Of a stretch of 64,000 nt of DNA, positions 52,647-63,113 are shown in pieces. A program made the position numbers and the translations under genes. The stretch comes from Candidatus Aminicenantes bacterium (lineage in GTDB: Bacteria; Acidobacteriota; Aminicenantia; Aminicenantales; JAFGBC01), in assembly GCA_963702005.1 (NCBI GenBank), contig OY969696.1, forward strand, positions 1,376,001 through 1,440,000, in the 5' to 3' direction. Every line of letters starts with the position of its first letter. The stretch's first letter is position 1. Under the pieces are notes generated by a model that made no database searches, was not told the origin of the DNA, and saw only the letters and a list, made by a program, of their open reading frames with translations.

Positions 52647-53570
52647 ATGGGCCGCACGGCGTTCCTCTTTCCCGGGCAGGGTTCCCAAGCTGTCGGCATG
52701 GGCCGCGATTTTTACGAGCTCTCCCCGAAGGCCAAGGAGCTCGTCGAGCGGGCCGATCGGATCCTGGGCTTCCCGCTCTCCCGGCTCTGCTTTGAAGGTC
52801 CCGAGGAGGAGCTGAAGCTGACCCGGAACACGCAGCCGGCCCTTCTTCTTGTCAGCACGCTGGCCTACAACCTGCTCGGGCGCGAGCCGGATATCGTCGC
52901 CGGCCACAGCCTGGGCGAGTATTCGGCCCTGGTCGCGGCCGGCGCCCTCGCCTTCGAAGACGCCCTCCTGCTCGTCCACAAGCGGGGCCGCTACATGCAG
53001 GAGGCCGTCCCGGTCGGGGAGGGGGCCATGGCCGCCATCATAGGTCTCGACCTCGACAAGGTCCGGGAGGGCCTCGCCCGGGTCCGGAACGGGACGGTCG
53101 AGGTCGCCAACTGGAACAGCCAGGAACAGATCGTCATCTCCGGACACAAGCTGGCCGTCGAGAGCGCTCTGGAGATTCTCAAAGCTCCGCGCTCGGTCCT
53201 CCTTCCGGTTAGCGCGCCGTTTCATTCGAGCTTGATGAAGAGCGCCGAAGAACGCCTCGCTTCGGATCTGGATCGGACGGAGTTCCGCGACCTGAAGTTC
53301 CCGGTCGTGACCAACGTCGACGCCCGGCCCATCCGGAGCGGGGCCGAGGCCCGGGACGCCCTCAAGCGCCAGGTCTGCCGCCCGGTCCTTTGGCAGCCTT
53401 CGATGGACGTCCTCCATCAGGAGGGCGTCGACCGCTTCGTCGAGGTCGGCTCGGGCAAAGTCCTGACGACGCTCATCAAGCGGATCGCCCGGCCTTGGGG
53501 CGTTCCGGTCACGGTCTTGAGTGCGGACGGCTGGGAGGCCGTCGAGCAGGCGCGGGCTGCCCTGTCATGA
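52647..53570 (+). CDS. fabD: Malonyl-CoA:ACP transacylase
   Basis: FPGQGSQ, TQPAL, GHSLGEY, VSAPFH. Confidence 0.97.
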   Translation: MGRTAFLFPGQGSQAVGMGRDFYELSPKAKELVERADRILGFPLSRLCFEGPEEELKLTRNTQPALLLVSTLAYNLLGREPDIVAGHSLGEYSALVAAGALAFEDALLLVHKRGRYMQEAVPVGEGAMAAIIGLDLDKVREGLARVRNGTVEVANWNSQEQIVISGHKLAVESALEILKAPRSVLLPVSAPFHSSLMKSAEERLASDLDRTEFRDLKFPVVTNVDARPIRSGAEARDALKRQVCRPVLWQPSMDVLHQEGVDRFVEVGSGKVLTTLIKRIARPWGVPVTVLSADGWEAVEQARAALS

Positions 53571-54110
53571 GTTGCGGGAGGAGAGGAGTCGCTTACCGAA
53601 CCTGAGATAGTAATCGGCGCCCGAGATCACGGCCGCAGCCAGGGTCAGCCACAGGCCGAGCGGAATAAGGAAGGCGAAAGGGCCCAAGAATTTCTTCCCA
53701 GCCAGGATGAAGGCGATGGTCCAGCTCTCGCAGACCATCTTGGCCTTGCCCAGGATCGAAGCCGGAATCTGGACGCCCTGCGCCGAGGCGATGGCCCGCA
53801 GGCCGGAGACGGCCAGCTCGCGGCCGATGATGACGACGACCATCCAGGCCTTGACGAGGCCCAGCTCGACCAGGCAGATGAAGACGGAGGCGATCAGCAG
53901 CTTGTCGGCGATCGGGTCGAGGAGCTGGCCGAGGACGGTCACCTGTTTCTTCCAGCGGGCCCAGAGGCCGTCGACCCAGTCCGTCAACGAGGCGAACACG
54001 AACAGGATGAAGGCGACGGTCATGTGCCCTTCAAAAGGCGTCACCAGGACGGCGACGCAGGCGGGAATGGTCAGGATGCGGAGGATGGTCAGGATGTTGG
54101 GGCCGTTCAT
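53565..54110 (-). CDS. pgsA: CDP-diacylglycerol--glycerol-3-phosphate 3-phosphatidyltransferase
   Basis: PNILTILRI, TDWVDGLWAR..GQLLDPIADK, GRELAVSGLR. Confidence 0.93.
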   Translation of the reverse strand: MNGPNILTILRILTIPACVAVLVTPFEGHMTVAFILFVFASLTDWVDGLWARWKKQVTVLGQLLDPIADKLLIASVFICLVELGLVKAWMVVVIIGRELAVSGLRAIASAQGVQIPASILGKAKMVCESWTIAFILAGKKFLGPFAFLIPLGLWLTLAAAVISGADYYLRFGKRLLSSRNS

Positions 54111-54183
54111 CGCGAGGCTCAGTATACCATAACAAAGAATACGATCCCACTCTATATAACGGAATTTTGTTCAATCATACCAC

Positions 54184-54212
54184 TTGCAAAAATAAAATTA
54201 TAATTTTATACT
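54184..54212 (+). promoter_or_regulatory. Sigma70-type promoter in the AT-rich islet
   Basis: TTGCAA-17 nt-TATACT (AT-rich context raises the chance-match rate). Confidence 0.45.
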
Positions 54213-54435
54213 TTTTGTCAGTTTGTCAGTAGGTTATCCTTTGAAATTTGCGTTCTTGTTATCTAGCATCTGAATAAGAGACCCATAAAAAGGCAAGCTA
54301 AAAAAATTGCTAAAGCAATTTTCTAAACAGATGCATTCTATGCAGTGTCATGTCAAGGCGTCTCGGTCAAGCTCATAGCTTTATAGGCAGCGATTCGCAA
54401 GGGATCGCACGCGAGCATAAACTGAATTTGGCTGT

Positions 54436-55737
54436 TTGTGGGAAACGAAGATGGTTATTGAGGCAAAACAAAGAGCAAGATTTGCTTTAGCCATTTGTAC
54501 TACGGCGGGCATGCTCATCTTATGGGCATTTTATTTTAAAATCCCCCTTTCAACGGATGATTGGCACTGGGGCAATGTTCTTAAGCAGGGTATCCCACTT
54601 CCGCTCATAGACCCCTATTTCTTTAGGCTCCCAGTCTGCAAAGCCATATTTAATCTTACGTTCCCGATTCTCCTTCATTTTCCCTTTTGGGGTAAATTGC
54701 TCGTTTGGGGGCTGGGAATTTTTGGGATTTATCTCCCTCTCTCTTGGTTCTTTCGCAAGTACCACTATTATCTTTCTCTTTTGCCGTTGACCGCTCTTTT
54801 GATTTTTTTTGCGCCAAATCAATATGAGCTAAATTACAATTTATCTTCATTGCCATTTTGTTTTGGGTTTCTTTTTGTCGGTCTCGGATTCCACTTATTC
54901 AGAAAAGGATTGAGGTTTCCGGGAGTGTTTTTGTACTTGCTATCATTTCTAACGCTTGAAAGCTTTATTGTTCTAATAATTCTCCTTGAATTTTCTGCAT
55001 ATCTTCCTGATCTAACTCATCGAAAATCATGGATGGCAATAGGACGCAATCTTCTTTCCATTTTTATCCCCTATGCAGTCATTAGGCTTGTCTTGTACTT
55101 CATTCATCCCTATGGCTACAATGTTGCACAGTCCATCAAGCTTACGCAGGTAAGAGGCCTCGTCATCCACAGCTTTTTAATCAGTTTTTTCAAACTGAAT
55201 TCTATCCTTTCTTTTCTCCAGCTTCTGCTCTTCGGTTTCCTTGCGATTAAAATTATAAAATCTCTCCATCCTAACAAGAGGAGGGACTGGCTTCTTTCGA
55301 TTATTATTCTTGCGATTCTTTTCTTCGCGGCGAGCAGTTATTATTTTATTCTCGGCTATCCGGCAGGACGAGCATTAGCAGGACAGGTAGCTTTTTGTTG
55401 GGGATCATATTTATTGCTTGTTATTTGCTATATTAATAAGAGACGCGTTAGCCTTCCAGCCGGAATTATTTTGTTGATCATTTTTATATCGGTCCAAATC
55501 GCCAGTCAAACGCTTATTTATAGGACCAAAGATAATAATTATCGTCAGATATCTCATGAAATTGCCTCAATCAGGAATGAGCTTGACATGAAAACGGGTT
55601 CGGTGGACATCGACGCGACCAAAGTTCGATCACATTTCAAGAGAGATTGGATATTCGGCTCTAACGAGGATGTTGAAATGATGTTCAGGTATTTTCTTAC
55701 TCCTTTTGAATTCTCCCGTTTGCATGTCAGAAAGTAG
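54436..55737 (+). CDS. Polytopic membrane protein, putative GT-C glycosyltransferase (GtrII-like), AT-rich
   Basis: About 10 hydrophobic segments, DD motif (STDDWHW) after TM1, soluble C-terminal tail; codon usage unlike the flanks. Confidence 0.65.
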   Translation: MWETKMVIEAKQRARFALAICTTAGMLILWAFYFKIPLSTDDWHWGNVLKQGIPLPLIDPYFFRLPVCKAIFNLTFPILLHFPFWGKLLVWGLGIFGIYLPLSWFFRKYHYYLSLLPLTALLIFFAPNQYELNYNLSSLPFCFGFLFVGLGFHLFRKGLRFPGVFLYLLSFLTLESFIVLIILLEFSAYLPDLTHRKSWMAIGRNLLSIFIPYAVIRLVLYFIHPYGYNVAQSIKLTQVRGLVIHSFLISFFKLNSILSFLQLLLFGFLAIKIIKSLHPNKRRDWLLSIIILAILFFAASSYYFILGYPAGRALAGQVAFCWGSYLLLVICYINKRRVSLPAGIILLIIFISVQIASQTLIYRTKDNNYRQISHEIASIRNELDMKTGSVDIDATKVRSHFKRDWIFGSNEDVEMMFRYFLTPFEFSRLHVRK

Positions 55738-55859
55738 CGTAAGACATCCCGCCTCCTTATCGAATAAGAAGGGATTGTGATAGCTTACAGCCGTAATCTC
55801 GGGCAAAAAATGATGGAGCAATGTCCAAAATAATACAAGTCTTTCGTTAATCAGTATCC

Positions 55860-55888
55860 TTGAAAAAGGCCAAGCCTCTGAGTATAGT
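55860..55888 (+). promoter_or_regulatory. Sigma70-type promoter for mutS
   Basis: TTGAAA-17 nt-TATAGT, 10 nt before ATG 55899. Confidence 0.65.
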
Positions 55889-55898
55889 TAGGGCTGCG

Positions 55899-58520
55899 AT
55901 GACGGACGATCTATCCCGGACCCCGATGATGGAGCAGTACCTCCGGATCAAGCGGGCCCATCCGGGAGCGCTCCTTTTCTTCCGGCTGGGCGATTTCTAC
56001 GAGATGTTCTACGACGACGCCAAGACGGCATCGCCCCTGCTCGAGATCGCCCTGACCTCCCGACAGAAAGTCCCGATGTGCGGCGTCCCCCACCATTCCG
56101 TCGACGGCTATCTGGCCAAGCTCCTCCGGCTCGGCTACAAGGTCGCCGTCTGCGAGCAGCTCGAGGATCCGCGCCTGGCCAAGGGCGTCGTCAAGCGCGA
56201 CGTCGTCAAGGTCCTGACGCCCGGAACGGCCGTCGAGGTCGAGCTCGAAAGCGCCAAAACGCCCCTCTTTATCGCCGGACTCGTCCTGAGGGAGGAGGGT
56301 TGGGGGCTGGCCCTCCTCGACCTGGGCGCGGGCCGGATCCGGACCTTCGCGGGCGGCCCGGACCGCAAAGCCCTCAGCGACGAACTGTTTAAAGCCGCGC
56401 CCCGGGAGGTCGTCTTCCCTCGGGAAGCGGAGGCGGGGACGGCGGAATTTCTGTCCCGGAGCAACCTGGCCGAGGCCGCCCGGAGCCCGGCCGATGATTG
56501 GACCTTCGACTCTCCACCGGCCCGGGAGCTCCTCCTCCGGCATTTCAAGGTCGCCTCCCTGGCCGGGTTCGACCTCGAGGACAAGCCCCTGGCCGTGGCG
56601 GCGGCGGGAGGCCTGCTTCAGTATCTGAAGGGGGTTCGCAAGGACTCGCTGGCGCTCGTCCACGCCATCTCCTTTCAGGCGACGGGCACGGCCATGGTCC
56701 TGGACGCTACGGCCGTCAAGAACCTCGAGCTCATCCGGAACCTGCGCGACGGCCGCGTCAAGGATTCTCTGCTCGGCGTCATCGACTGGACGGTCTCGCC
56801 CATGGGCGGCCGCCTCCTTCGGGACTGGCTCCTTCAGCCCCTCCTCGATATCGCCGCGATCGGGGAGCGTCTCGACGCGGTCGAGGATATGTTGGGACGA
56901 ACGATCGAGCGGCAGGAGCTCCGATCGACCCTCAAGGGCCTCTTCGACCTCGAACGTCTGTCGGGCCGGATCTCGCTCTCCGCCGCCCATCCGCGCGACC
57001 TGGTGGCGCTCAAGAAGTCGCTGGCCGTCTGCCCCCGCCTCCGCGGTCTCCTTGAGCCGTTCCGGTCGCCCCTCGTTCGGTCGATCAAGGACGGCTGGGA
57101 CTCCGGCGCCGACATCGCCGACCTCATCGACCGCTCCATCCTTGAGGAGCCGGCCGTCCTCCTGACCGAAGGGGGCATCATCAAGGACGGCTACGACGCC
57201 GAGCTCGACGAGCTGCGGGCGGTCAGCCGCTCCGGAAAAGGGTTCATCGTCGGCCTCGAACGTCGCGAGCGGGAGCGGACCGGGATCGGCTCGCTCAAGG
57301 TCCGCTTCAACAAGGTGTTCGGCTACTTTATCGAGGTCACCAAATCCAACCTCGCCCAGGTCCCGGCCGACTATATCCGCAAGCAGACCCTGGTCAACGC
57401 GGAGCGGTTTCTGACGCCCGAGCTCAAGGCCTATGAGGAGAAAGTCCTCCACGCCGAAGAGCGGATCGGGGAGATCGAGTACCGGCTGTTCGGCGAAGTC
57501 AGGGCCCGGGTCGCCCGCGAGACCGAGAGAATCCATCGGATCGCGGCCGCCCTGGCCGCGCTCGATGTCCTGGCCGGGCTGGCCGAACTGGCCGCCCAGC
57601 GCGGTTTCCGCCGTCCCTCCGTCGACGGCGAGGATCGGATACGGATCCGGGACGGCCGTCATCCCGTCGTCGAGATCAGCCAGGCCGAGCCGTTCATCCC
57701 CAACGATACCCTGCTCGACCGGAGCGAGAACCAGATTCTGATCGTGACCGGTCCCAACATGGGAGGCAAGTCGACCTATCTTCGCCAAGTCGCGTTGATC
57801 ACGATCCTAGCCCAGATGGGCTCCTTCGTCCCGGCCGTGGAAGCCGCCATCGGCGTCGTCGACCGGATCTTCACCCGGATCGGCGCCATGGACTTCCTGA
57901 GCGTGGGCCAGTCGACGTTCATGGTCGAGATGATCGAGACGGCCGCCATCCTCGCCAGCGCGACGCCGCGCAGCCTCATCCTCCTCGACGAGGTCGGCCG
58001 GGGGACGAGCACCTTCGACGGCCTGAGCATCGCCTGGGCCGTCGCCGAATACCTCCACGAGCGAGAGGAGGTCCGGGCCATGACGCTGTTCGCGACCCAC
58101 TACCACGAGCTGACCGAGCTCGCCCTGACCCATCCCCGCATCCAGAATCATCACGTCGCCGTCAAGGAGTGGAAGGAGGACATCGTCTTCCTTCGCAAGA
58201 TCGTGCCCGGGCCCTCCGACCAAAGCTACGGGATCCACGTCGCCAAGCTCGCCGGCATCCCCCGGGCCGTCATCGAGCGGGCCCGCGAGATCCTGTTCAA
58301 CCTCGAAAAGCAGGAACTCGACGCGGCCGGCCGGCCCCGGCTCGCCTCCCACCCGGTCCCGGGCGGCGACAAATCCCAGCTCCTCCTGTTCGACGAGGAC
58401 CGGGACTTGGCGCTTCTCGAGGAGATCCGCGGCGAGCTCGGCGTCTGCGACCTCGCCCAGCTGACGCCCCTCGCGGCCCTCGAATTCCTCTACAAACTCC
58501 AGGACAAGCTAAAAAAGTAA
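55899..58520 (+). CDS. mutS: DNA mismatch repair protein MutS
   Basis: TPMMEQY, GDFYEMF, GPNMGGKSTY, STFMVEM, DEVGRGTSTFDG, SYGIHVA. Confidence 0.98.
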   Translation: MTDDLSRTPMMEQYLRIKRAHPGALLFFRLGDFYEMFYDDAKTASPLLEIALTSRQKVPMCGVPHHSVDGYLAKLLRLGYKVAVCEQLEDPRLAKGVVKRDVVKVLTPGTAVEVELESAKTPLFIAGLVLREEGWGLALLDLGAGRIRTFAGGPDRKALSDELFKAAPREVVFPREAEAGTAEFLSRSNLAEAARSPADDWTFDSPPARELLLRHFKVASLAGFDLEDKPLAVAAAGGLLQYLKGVRKDSLALVHAISFQATGTAMVLDATAVKNLELIRNLRDGRVKDSLLGVIDWTVSPMGGRLLRDWLLQPLLDIAAIGERLDAVEDMLGRTIERQELRSTLKGLFDLERLSGRISLSAAHPRDLVALKKSLAVCPRLRGLLEPFRSPLVRSIKDGWDSGADIADLIDRSILEEPAVLLTEGGIIKDGYDAELDELRAVSRSGKGFIVGLERRERERTGIGSLKVRFNKVFGYFIEVTKSNLAQVPADYIRKQTLVNAERFLTPELKAYEEKVLHAEERIGEIEYRLFGEVRARVARETERIHRIAAALAALDVLAGLAELAAQRGFRRPSVDGEDRIRIRDGRHPVVEISQAEPFIPNDTLLDRSENQILIVTGPNMGGKSTYLRQVALITILAQMGSFVPAVEAAIGVVDRIFTRIGAMDFLSVGQSTFMVEMIETAAILASATPRSLILLDEVGRGTSTFDGLSIAWAVAEYLHEREEVRAMTLFATHYHELTELALTHPRIQNHHVAVKEWKEDIVFLRKIVPGPSDQSYGIHVAKLAGIPRAVIERAREILFNLEKQELDAAGRPRLASHPVPGGDKSQLLLFDEDRDLALLEEIRGELGVCDLAQLTPLAALEFLYKLQDKLKK

Positions 58521-58680
58521 TCCGGGGTCAAACCTGCATTCCGCCCTAAAGTGCAATCCGATGCGTGAAGCCCTTTCTGTCTGGATTAGGACGAAGTCAT
58601 AGAGTGCAGGTTTAACCCCGTACGGGGTCGGGCTGGATTAGTACACGGTCATAAAGTGTAGGCTTGACCCCGGACGGGGT
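58521..58680. repeat. REP/MITE-like cluster: one left arm plus two tandem 48-nt right-arm copies
   Basis: TCCGGGGTCAAACCTGCATT (58521-58540) is 17/20 inverted to both 58603-58622 and 58655-58674; direct repeats at 58581-58628 and 58633-58680. Confidence 0.8.
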
Positions 58681-58689
58681 TGGGGCGGG

Positions 58690-59019
58690 TCAGAAGTGAT
58701 CCGAGTCGTCCTCGATGTCGGCTCCTGCTTCTTCTTCCTCTTCTTCCTCGTCCTCTTCGTAGTCTTCTTCCTCGAAGGGGGCCGCGCCGTCCTCCTCGAG
58801 CTGCTTCTCGATGGCGATCTCAAACTCTTCGCGATCGTCGTAGCGGCGGAGATAGTTCGAGGACGCGTCGCTGTAGTAGAGTTCTAGGAAGTCGTCCTCG
58901 ATGACGCAGAAGACGGATTGAGAGTGGCCGGTCTGCAGGTTGCCGACGGTCTCGACGACCTGGGCCGCTTTCTTGATGGCCTCGAGGGTGCTCCAGCTGG
59001 CGATTTCGATCTCTTCCAT
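58690..59019 (-). CDS. Small highly acidic hypothetical protein
   Basis: GGGAG RBS, host-like codon usage, 38 of 109 residues D/E, poly-Glu tail. Confidence 0.8.
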   Translation of the reverse strand: MEEIEIASWSTLEAIKKAAQVVETVGNLQTGHSQSVFCVIEDDFLELYYSDASSNYLRRYDDREEFEIAIEKQLEEDGAAPFEEEDYEEDEEEEEEEAGADIEDDSDHF

Positions 59020-59108
59020 GAAATCCACTCCCAAGAAAATAAATATCTATTTTTATCGAATTGTCAAGAGAAAAAGGAAAAGGATAGAATGGATATGGAG
59101 GATCGATC

Positions 59109-61691
59109 ATGAAATGGGACAAATGGACCGTCATGTCGCAAGAGGCCCTGCGCCTCGCCCAATCCAAAGCCGAGGAGCTCGGTCATGCCGAGATCGGGCC
59201 CGAGCATTTTCTCTGGGCGTTTCTGACCCAGGAGGAAAACATCGTCACGGCCGTGCTGGCCAAGATCGGCGCGAATCCGGCCGCCCTGCGCGGCGCTCTC
59301 GAATCGGCCCTGGCCCGGATGCCCAAGGTCCGCGGCGGCGGGCCGCTCGTTCCCTCCGGCCTTCTCCAGAAGATTTTAGCCGAGGCCGAAAAAGAAGCCG
59401 ACGCCCTCAGGGACGAATATATCTCGACCGAGCACATCTTCCTGGCCCTCCTTAAGGAAGAGACGTCCGAAGCCGCCCGCCTTCTCAAGGAACAGGGCGT
59501 CGGCCGGGACGCGGTCCTCCAGGCCCTCCGGTCGCTGCGCGGCTCCCAGCGCGTCACCGACCCCGAGCCGGAAGGCAAGTTCCGCGTCCTGGAGAAATAC
59601 GCCCGCGACCTGACGGCCCTCGCCAGGCAGGGAAAGATCGATCCCGTCATCGGCCGGGAGGACGAAATCCGGCGGGTCGTCCAGGTCCTGTCGCGGCGGA
59701 CCAAGAACAATCCCGTCCTGATCGGCGAGGCGGGCGTCGGCAAAACGGCCATCGTCGAAGGCCTGGCCCAGCGGATCGCGAACGGCGATGTCCCGCAGTC
59801 CCTCAAGGACAAGCGAGTTCTCGCCCTCGACATCGGGGCCCTCGTCGCCGGCACCAAATACCGCGGCGAGTTCGAGGACCGTCTCAAGGCCGTCCTGCGC
59901 GAGATCAAGGACGCGGGCGGCGAGGTCATCCTGTTCATCGACGAGCTCCACACCGTGGTCGGGGCGGGCGCGGCCGAAGGGGCCGTCGACGCCTCGAACA
60001 TGCTCAAGCCGGCCCTGGCCCGGGGCGAGCTCCGCTGCGTCGGGGCGACGACCCTCAGCGAGTACAAGAAGCACATCGAGAAGGACCCCGCCCTCGAGCG
60101 CCGTTTCCAGCAGGTCTATGTCGGCGAGCCCTCGGTCGAGGACACGATCTCGATCCTGCGCGGGATCAAGGAGAAGTACGAAATCCATCACGGCGTCAAG
60201 ATCAAGGACGCGGCCCTCGTCGCGGCCGCGACCCTCTCGAACCGCTACATCGCCAACCGGTTCCTTCCCGACAAGGCCATCGACCTCGTCGACGAGGCGG
60301 CCAGCCGAATCCGGATCCAGGTCGACAGCCTTCCCGAGGACGTCGACGAGCTCGAGCGGCGCATCCTCCAGCTCGAGGTCGAGAAACAAGCCCTCAAAAA
60401 GGAGAAGGACGCGGCCGCCAAGGATCGACTGGCCAAGATCGATAAGGAGCTGGCCGACCTCAAGGAACGGGCGGCCGGCCTCAAGGGGCGCTGGCAGAGG
60501 GAGAAGGACCTCATCGGCGAGGTCGGGAAACTCAAGGAAACCATCGACGGCCTCAAGGTCGAACAGGCCAACGCCGAGCGGCGGGGAGATCTCGAACGGG
60601 CGGCCGAGATCCGCTACGGGAAGCTTATCGAAGCCGGCCGGAAGCTTGAGGACACGACGGCCAGGCTGGCCGAGCTCCAGAAGACTGGCAAGATGCTCAA
60701 GGAGGAGGTCGACGAGGAGGACGTCGCCCAGATCGTCTCGAAATGGACCGGCATCCCCGTCTCCAAGATGCTCGAAGGCGACGCTGCCCGGCTCATCATG
60801 ATGGAGTCCAACCTCGCCCGACGGGTCGTCGGCCAGGACGACGCCCTGCGCGCCGTCGCCGACACGATCCGGCGGGCCCGGGCCGGGATCCAGGATCCCT
60901 CGCGGCCGATCGGCTCTTTCCTGTTCCTCGGCCCGACCGGCGTCGGCAAGACCGAGTTGGCCCGCGCCCTGGCCGAGTTCCTGTTCGACGACGAAAAAGC
61001 CATGGTCCGCCTCGACATGTCCGAATACATGGAGAAGCACACGGTGGCCCGGCTGATCGGAGCTCCTCCCGGCTACGTCGGATACGAAGAGGGCGGCCAG
61101 CTGACCGAGGCCGTCAAACGGCGGCCCTACTCGATCGTCCTCCTGGACGAAATCGAGAAAGCCCATCCCGATATCTTCAACGTTCTTCTTCAGATCCTCG
61201 ACGACGGCCGGCTGACCGACGGCCAGGGTCGGACGGTCGACTTCCGGAACACGCTCATCATCATGACCTCGAACTTGGGGAGCCAGGTCATCAAGGAGCT
61301 GGGCCGGGACCACGAGCGGATGGAGAATGAGGTCAAGGCCATCCTCGAGAGCCAGTTCAGGCCCGAATTCCTCAACCGGGTCGACGAGGTCATCATCTTC
61401 CGTGCCTTGGCCAAGGAAAGCCTCCTTAAAATCGTGGACATCCAGCTCGGCCTGCTCCGGGATCGGCTCGCGGAAAAGAAGATCGGGATCGAGGCCAGTC
61501 AGGCCGCCAAGGAGCTTCTGGCCCAACGAGGCTATGACCCCGTCTACGGCGCCCGGCCCCTCAAGCGGGTCATCCAGCGGGACATCCAGAACCAGCTCGC
61601 CCACAAGATCATCGTCGGCGAGTACAAGGATGGGGACACCGTCCGGATCGACGCCGACAAAAGCGGCGGCTTCACGTTCACCCGGAAGTAA
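59109..61691 (+). CDS. clpB: Chaperone ClpB
   Basis: [14 protein letters not shown], coiled-coil M-domain, [26 protein letters not shown]. Confidence 0.98.
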   Translation: MKWDKWTVMSQEALRLAQSKAEELGHAEIGPEHFLWAFLTQEENIVTAVLAKIGANPAALRGALESALARMPKVRGGGPLVPSGLLQKILAEAEKEADALRDEYISTEHIFLALLKEETSEAARLLKEQGVGRDAVLQALRSLRGSQRVTDPEPEGKFRVLEKYARDLTALARQGKIDPVIGREDEIRRVVQVLSRRTKNNPVLIGEAGVGKTAIVEGLAQRIANGDVPQSLKDKRVLALDIGALVAGTKYRGEFEDRLKAVLREIKDAGGEVILFIDELHTVVGAGAAEGAVDASNMLKPALARGELRCVGATTLSEYKKHIEKDPALERRFQQVYVGEPSVEDTISILRGIKEKYEIHHGVKIKDAALVAAATLSNRYIANRFLPDKAIDLVDEAASRIRIQVDSLPEDVDELERRILQLEVEKQALKKEKDAAAKDRLAKIDKELADLKERAAGLKGRWQREKDLIGEVGKLKETIDGLKVEQANAERRGDLERAAEIRYGKLIEAGRKLEDTTARLAELQKTGKMLKEEVDEEDVAQIVSKWTGIPVSKMLEGDAARLIMMESNLARRVVGQDDALRAVADTIRRARAGIQDPSRPIGSFLFLGPTGVGKTELARALAEFLFDDEKAMVRLDMSEYMEKHTVARLIGAPPGYVGYEEGGQLTEAVKRRPYSIVLLDEIEKAHPDIFNVLLQILDDGRLTDGQGRTVDFRNTLIIMTSNLGSQVIKELGRDHERMENEVKAILESQFRPEFLNRVDEVIIFRALAKESLLKIVDIQLGLLRDRLAEKKIGIEASQAAKELLAQRGYDPVYGARPLKRVIQRDIQNQLAHKIIVGEYKDGDTVRIDADKSGGFTFTRK

Positions 61692-61713
61692 AATCCCGCC
61701 GTCCGCCCCGGTT

Positions 61714-61796
61714 TGACCCGTTCGCCGCCGCTACCCCGCCTTGCGGTACTCATACTAAGCCGGAAACGGCTTAGTATGGGTGTCGAGGGTTTGACT
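61714..61796 (+). repeat. Structured dispersed repeat, short copy
   Basis: Ends match 17806-17957; perfect hairpin CATACTAAGCCG-GAAA-CGGCTTAGTATG (61751-61778). Confidence 0.85.
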
Positions 61797-61819
61797 TTGC
61801 CTCAGGCGCGATTTATATT
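61791..61819 (+). promoter_or_regulatory. Sigma70-type promoter for the spt-like/fadL-like genes
   Basis: TTGACT-17 nt-TATATT; the -35 box is the terminal hexamer of the repeat. Confidence 0.65.
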
Positions 61820-61852
61820 AGGGTGCCCGAGATCAGAGGAAAGGACGTACGC

Positions 61853-63085
61853 ATGGATCTTTTCGAAAAATGCAGGGGATTTTATTCGGACCCGCGAGTC
61901 GCCCAGAAGTACGGCTATCCCACAAATCCGAGAACGGCCCAGGCCTTGGGGATCTTCCCCTATTTCATCCCGATCGATCAGGCCGAGGGCACCGAGGTCG
62001 TCATCGACGGCAAGACATACATCATGATCGGATCGAACAACTACCTCGGACTGACCAGCCATCCCAAGGTCAGGGAAGCGGCCATCGAGGCCATCCGCAA
62101 ATTCGGGACGAGCTGCACCGGTTCCCGATTCCTCAACGGGACCCTCCATATGCACATCGAGCTCGAGGAGCGGCTGGCCCGCTGGGTGGCTATGGAGGCG
62201 GCCCTCGTCTTCAGCACCGGATTTCAGGTCAACCTGGGAAGCATTCCCGCCATCATGGACCGCAACGACATCATCGTCACCGATAAAGAGGTTCATGCCA
62301 GCATCATCGACGGCGTGCGCATGGCGAAAGCCCAGAAGTCCGTCCACACCCGGTATTTCAAGCACAATGACCCCGGCGACCTGGACGTCATCTTGAACGG
62401 CCTCGACAAGGAGTCCGGCAAGCTCGTCATCGTCGACGGCGTCTTCAGCATGGGCGGAGACATCAGCCCCCTGGCCGAAATCGTGCCGATCTGCAAGAAA
62501 TACGGGGCCCGCCTCATGGTCGACGACGCGCATTCCCTGGGCGTGCTCGGCGGCGGACGCGGAACCGCCCACCATTTCAACCTGGCCGGCCAGGTCGACC
62601 TCATCATGGGAACCTTCAGCAAATCCTTCGCCTCGGTCGGGGGATTCATCTCCGGACCCAAAGAGGCCATCCACTGGATCCAGGTCTTTGCCCGTCCTTT
62701 CATATTCAGCGCCAGTCTGCCGCCCCCCAACGTGGCGACCGTCCTGGCCTGTCTCGATGTCATGGAGCAGGAGCCGGAGCGCGTCGAGCGGGTCCTGGCC
62801 ATCGGCGAGCGGGTGCGGACCGAACTCCGGGGCATGGGCTACAACATCGGGAACAGCCAGACGCCGATCATCCCCATCGTCATCGGCGACATGATGGATA
62901 CCATGAAGGCCTGGAAGATCCTGTTCGCGGCCGGGATCTACACGAACGTCGCCATGCCGCCGGCCGTCCCCCCCAACGAATCGCTCCTGCGGACGAGCTA
63001 TATGGCGACGCACACCGACGAGCAGGTCGACCGGGTGCTTGAAACCTTCAAGCGCCTCAAAGACCAGATCCATATCGAGCCCTAA
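61853..63085 (+). CDS. PLP alpha-oxoamine synthase, probable serine palmitoyltransferase
   Basis: GIFPYF, GSNNYLGL, GTSCTGSRFLNGT, HASIIDG, DDAHSLG, GTFSKSFASVGG. Confidence 0.8.
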   Translation: MDLFEKCRGFYSDPRVAQKYGYPTNPRTAQALGIFPYFIPIDQAEGTEVVIDGKTYIMIGSNNYLGLTSHPKVREAAIEAIRKFGTSCTGSRFLNGTLHMHIELEERLARWVAMEAALVFSTGFQVNLGSIPAIMDRNDIIVTDKEVHASIIDGVRMAKAQKSVHTRYFKHNDPGDLDVILNGLDKESGKLVIVDGVFSMGGDISPLAEIVPICKKYGARLMVDDAHSLGVLGGGRGTAHHFNLAGQVDLIMGTFSKSFASVGGFISGPKEAIHWIQVFARPFIFSASLPPPNVATVLACLDVMEQEPERVERVLAIGERVRTELRGMGYNIGNSQTPIIPIVIGDMMDTMKAWKILFAAGIYTNVAMPPAVPPNESLLRTSYMATHTDEQVDRVLETFKRLKDQIHIEP

Positions 63086-63113
63086 GGGAACGCAAAGTTC
63101 CAGGGAGGTTGAC

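Noticed and set aside
58521-58680. CRISPR array
   Set aside because: Only two diverged repeats with a 4-nt gap, no spacers and no cas genes.
59020-59108. CIRCE or CtsR heat-shock operator upstream of clpB
   Set aside because: No TTAGCACTC-N9-GAGTGCTAA and no tandem GTCAAA repeat seen.
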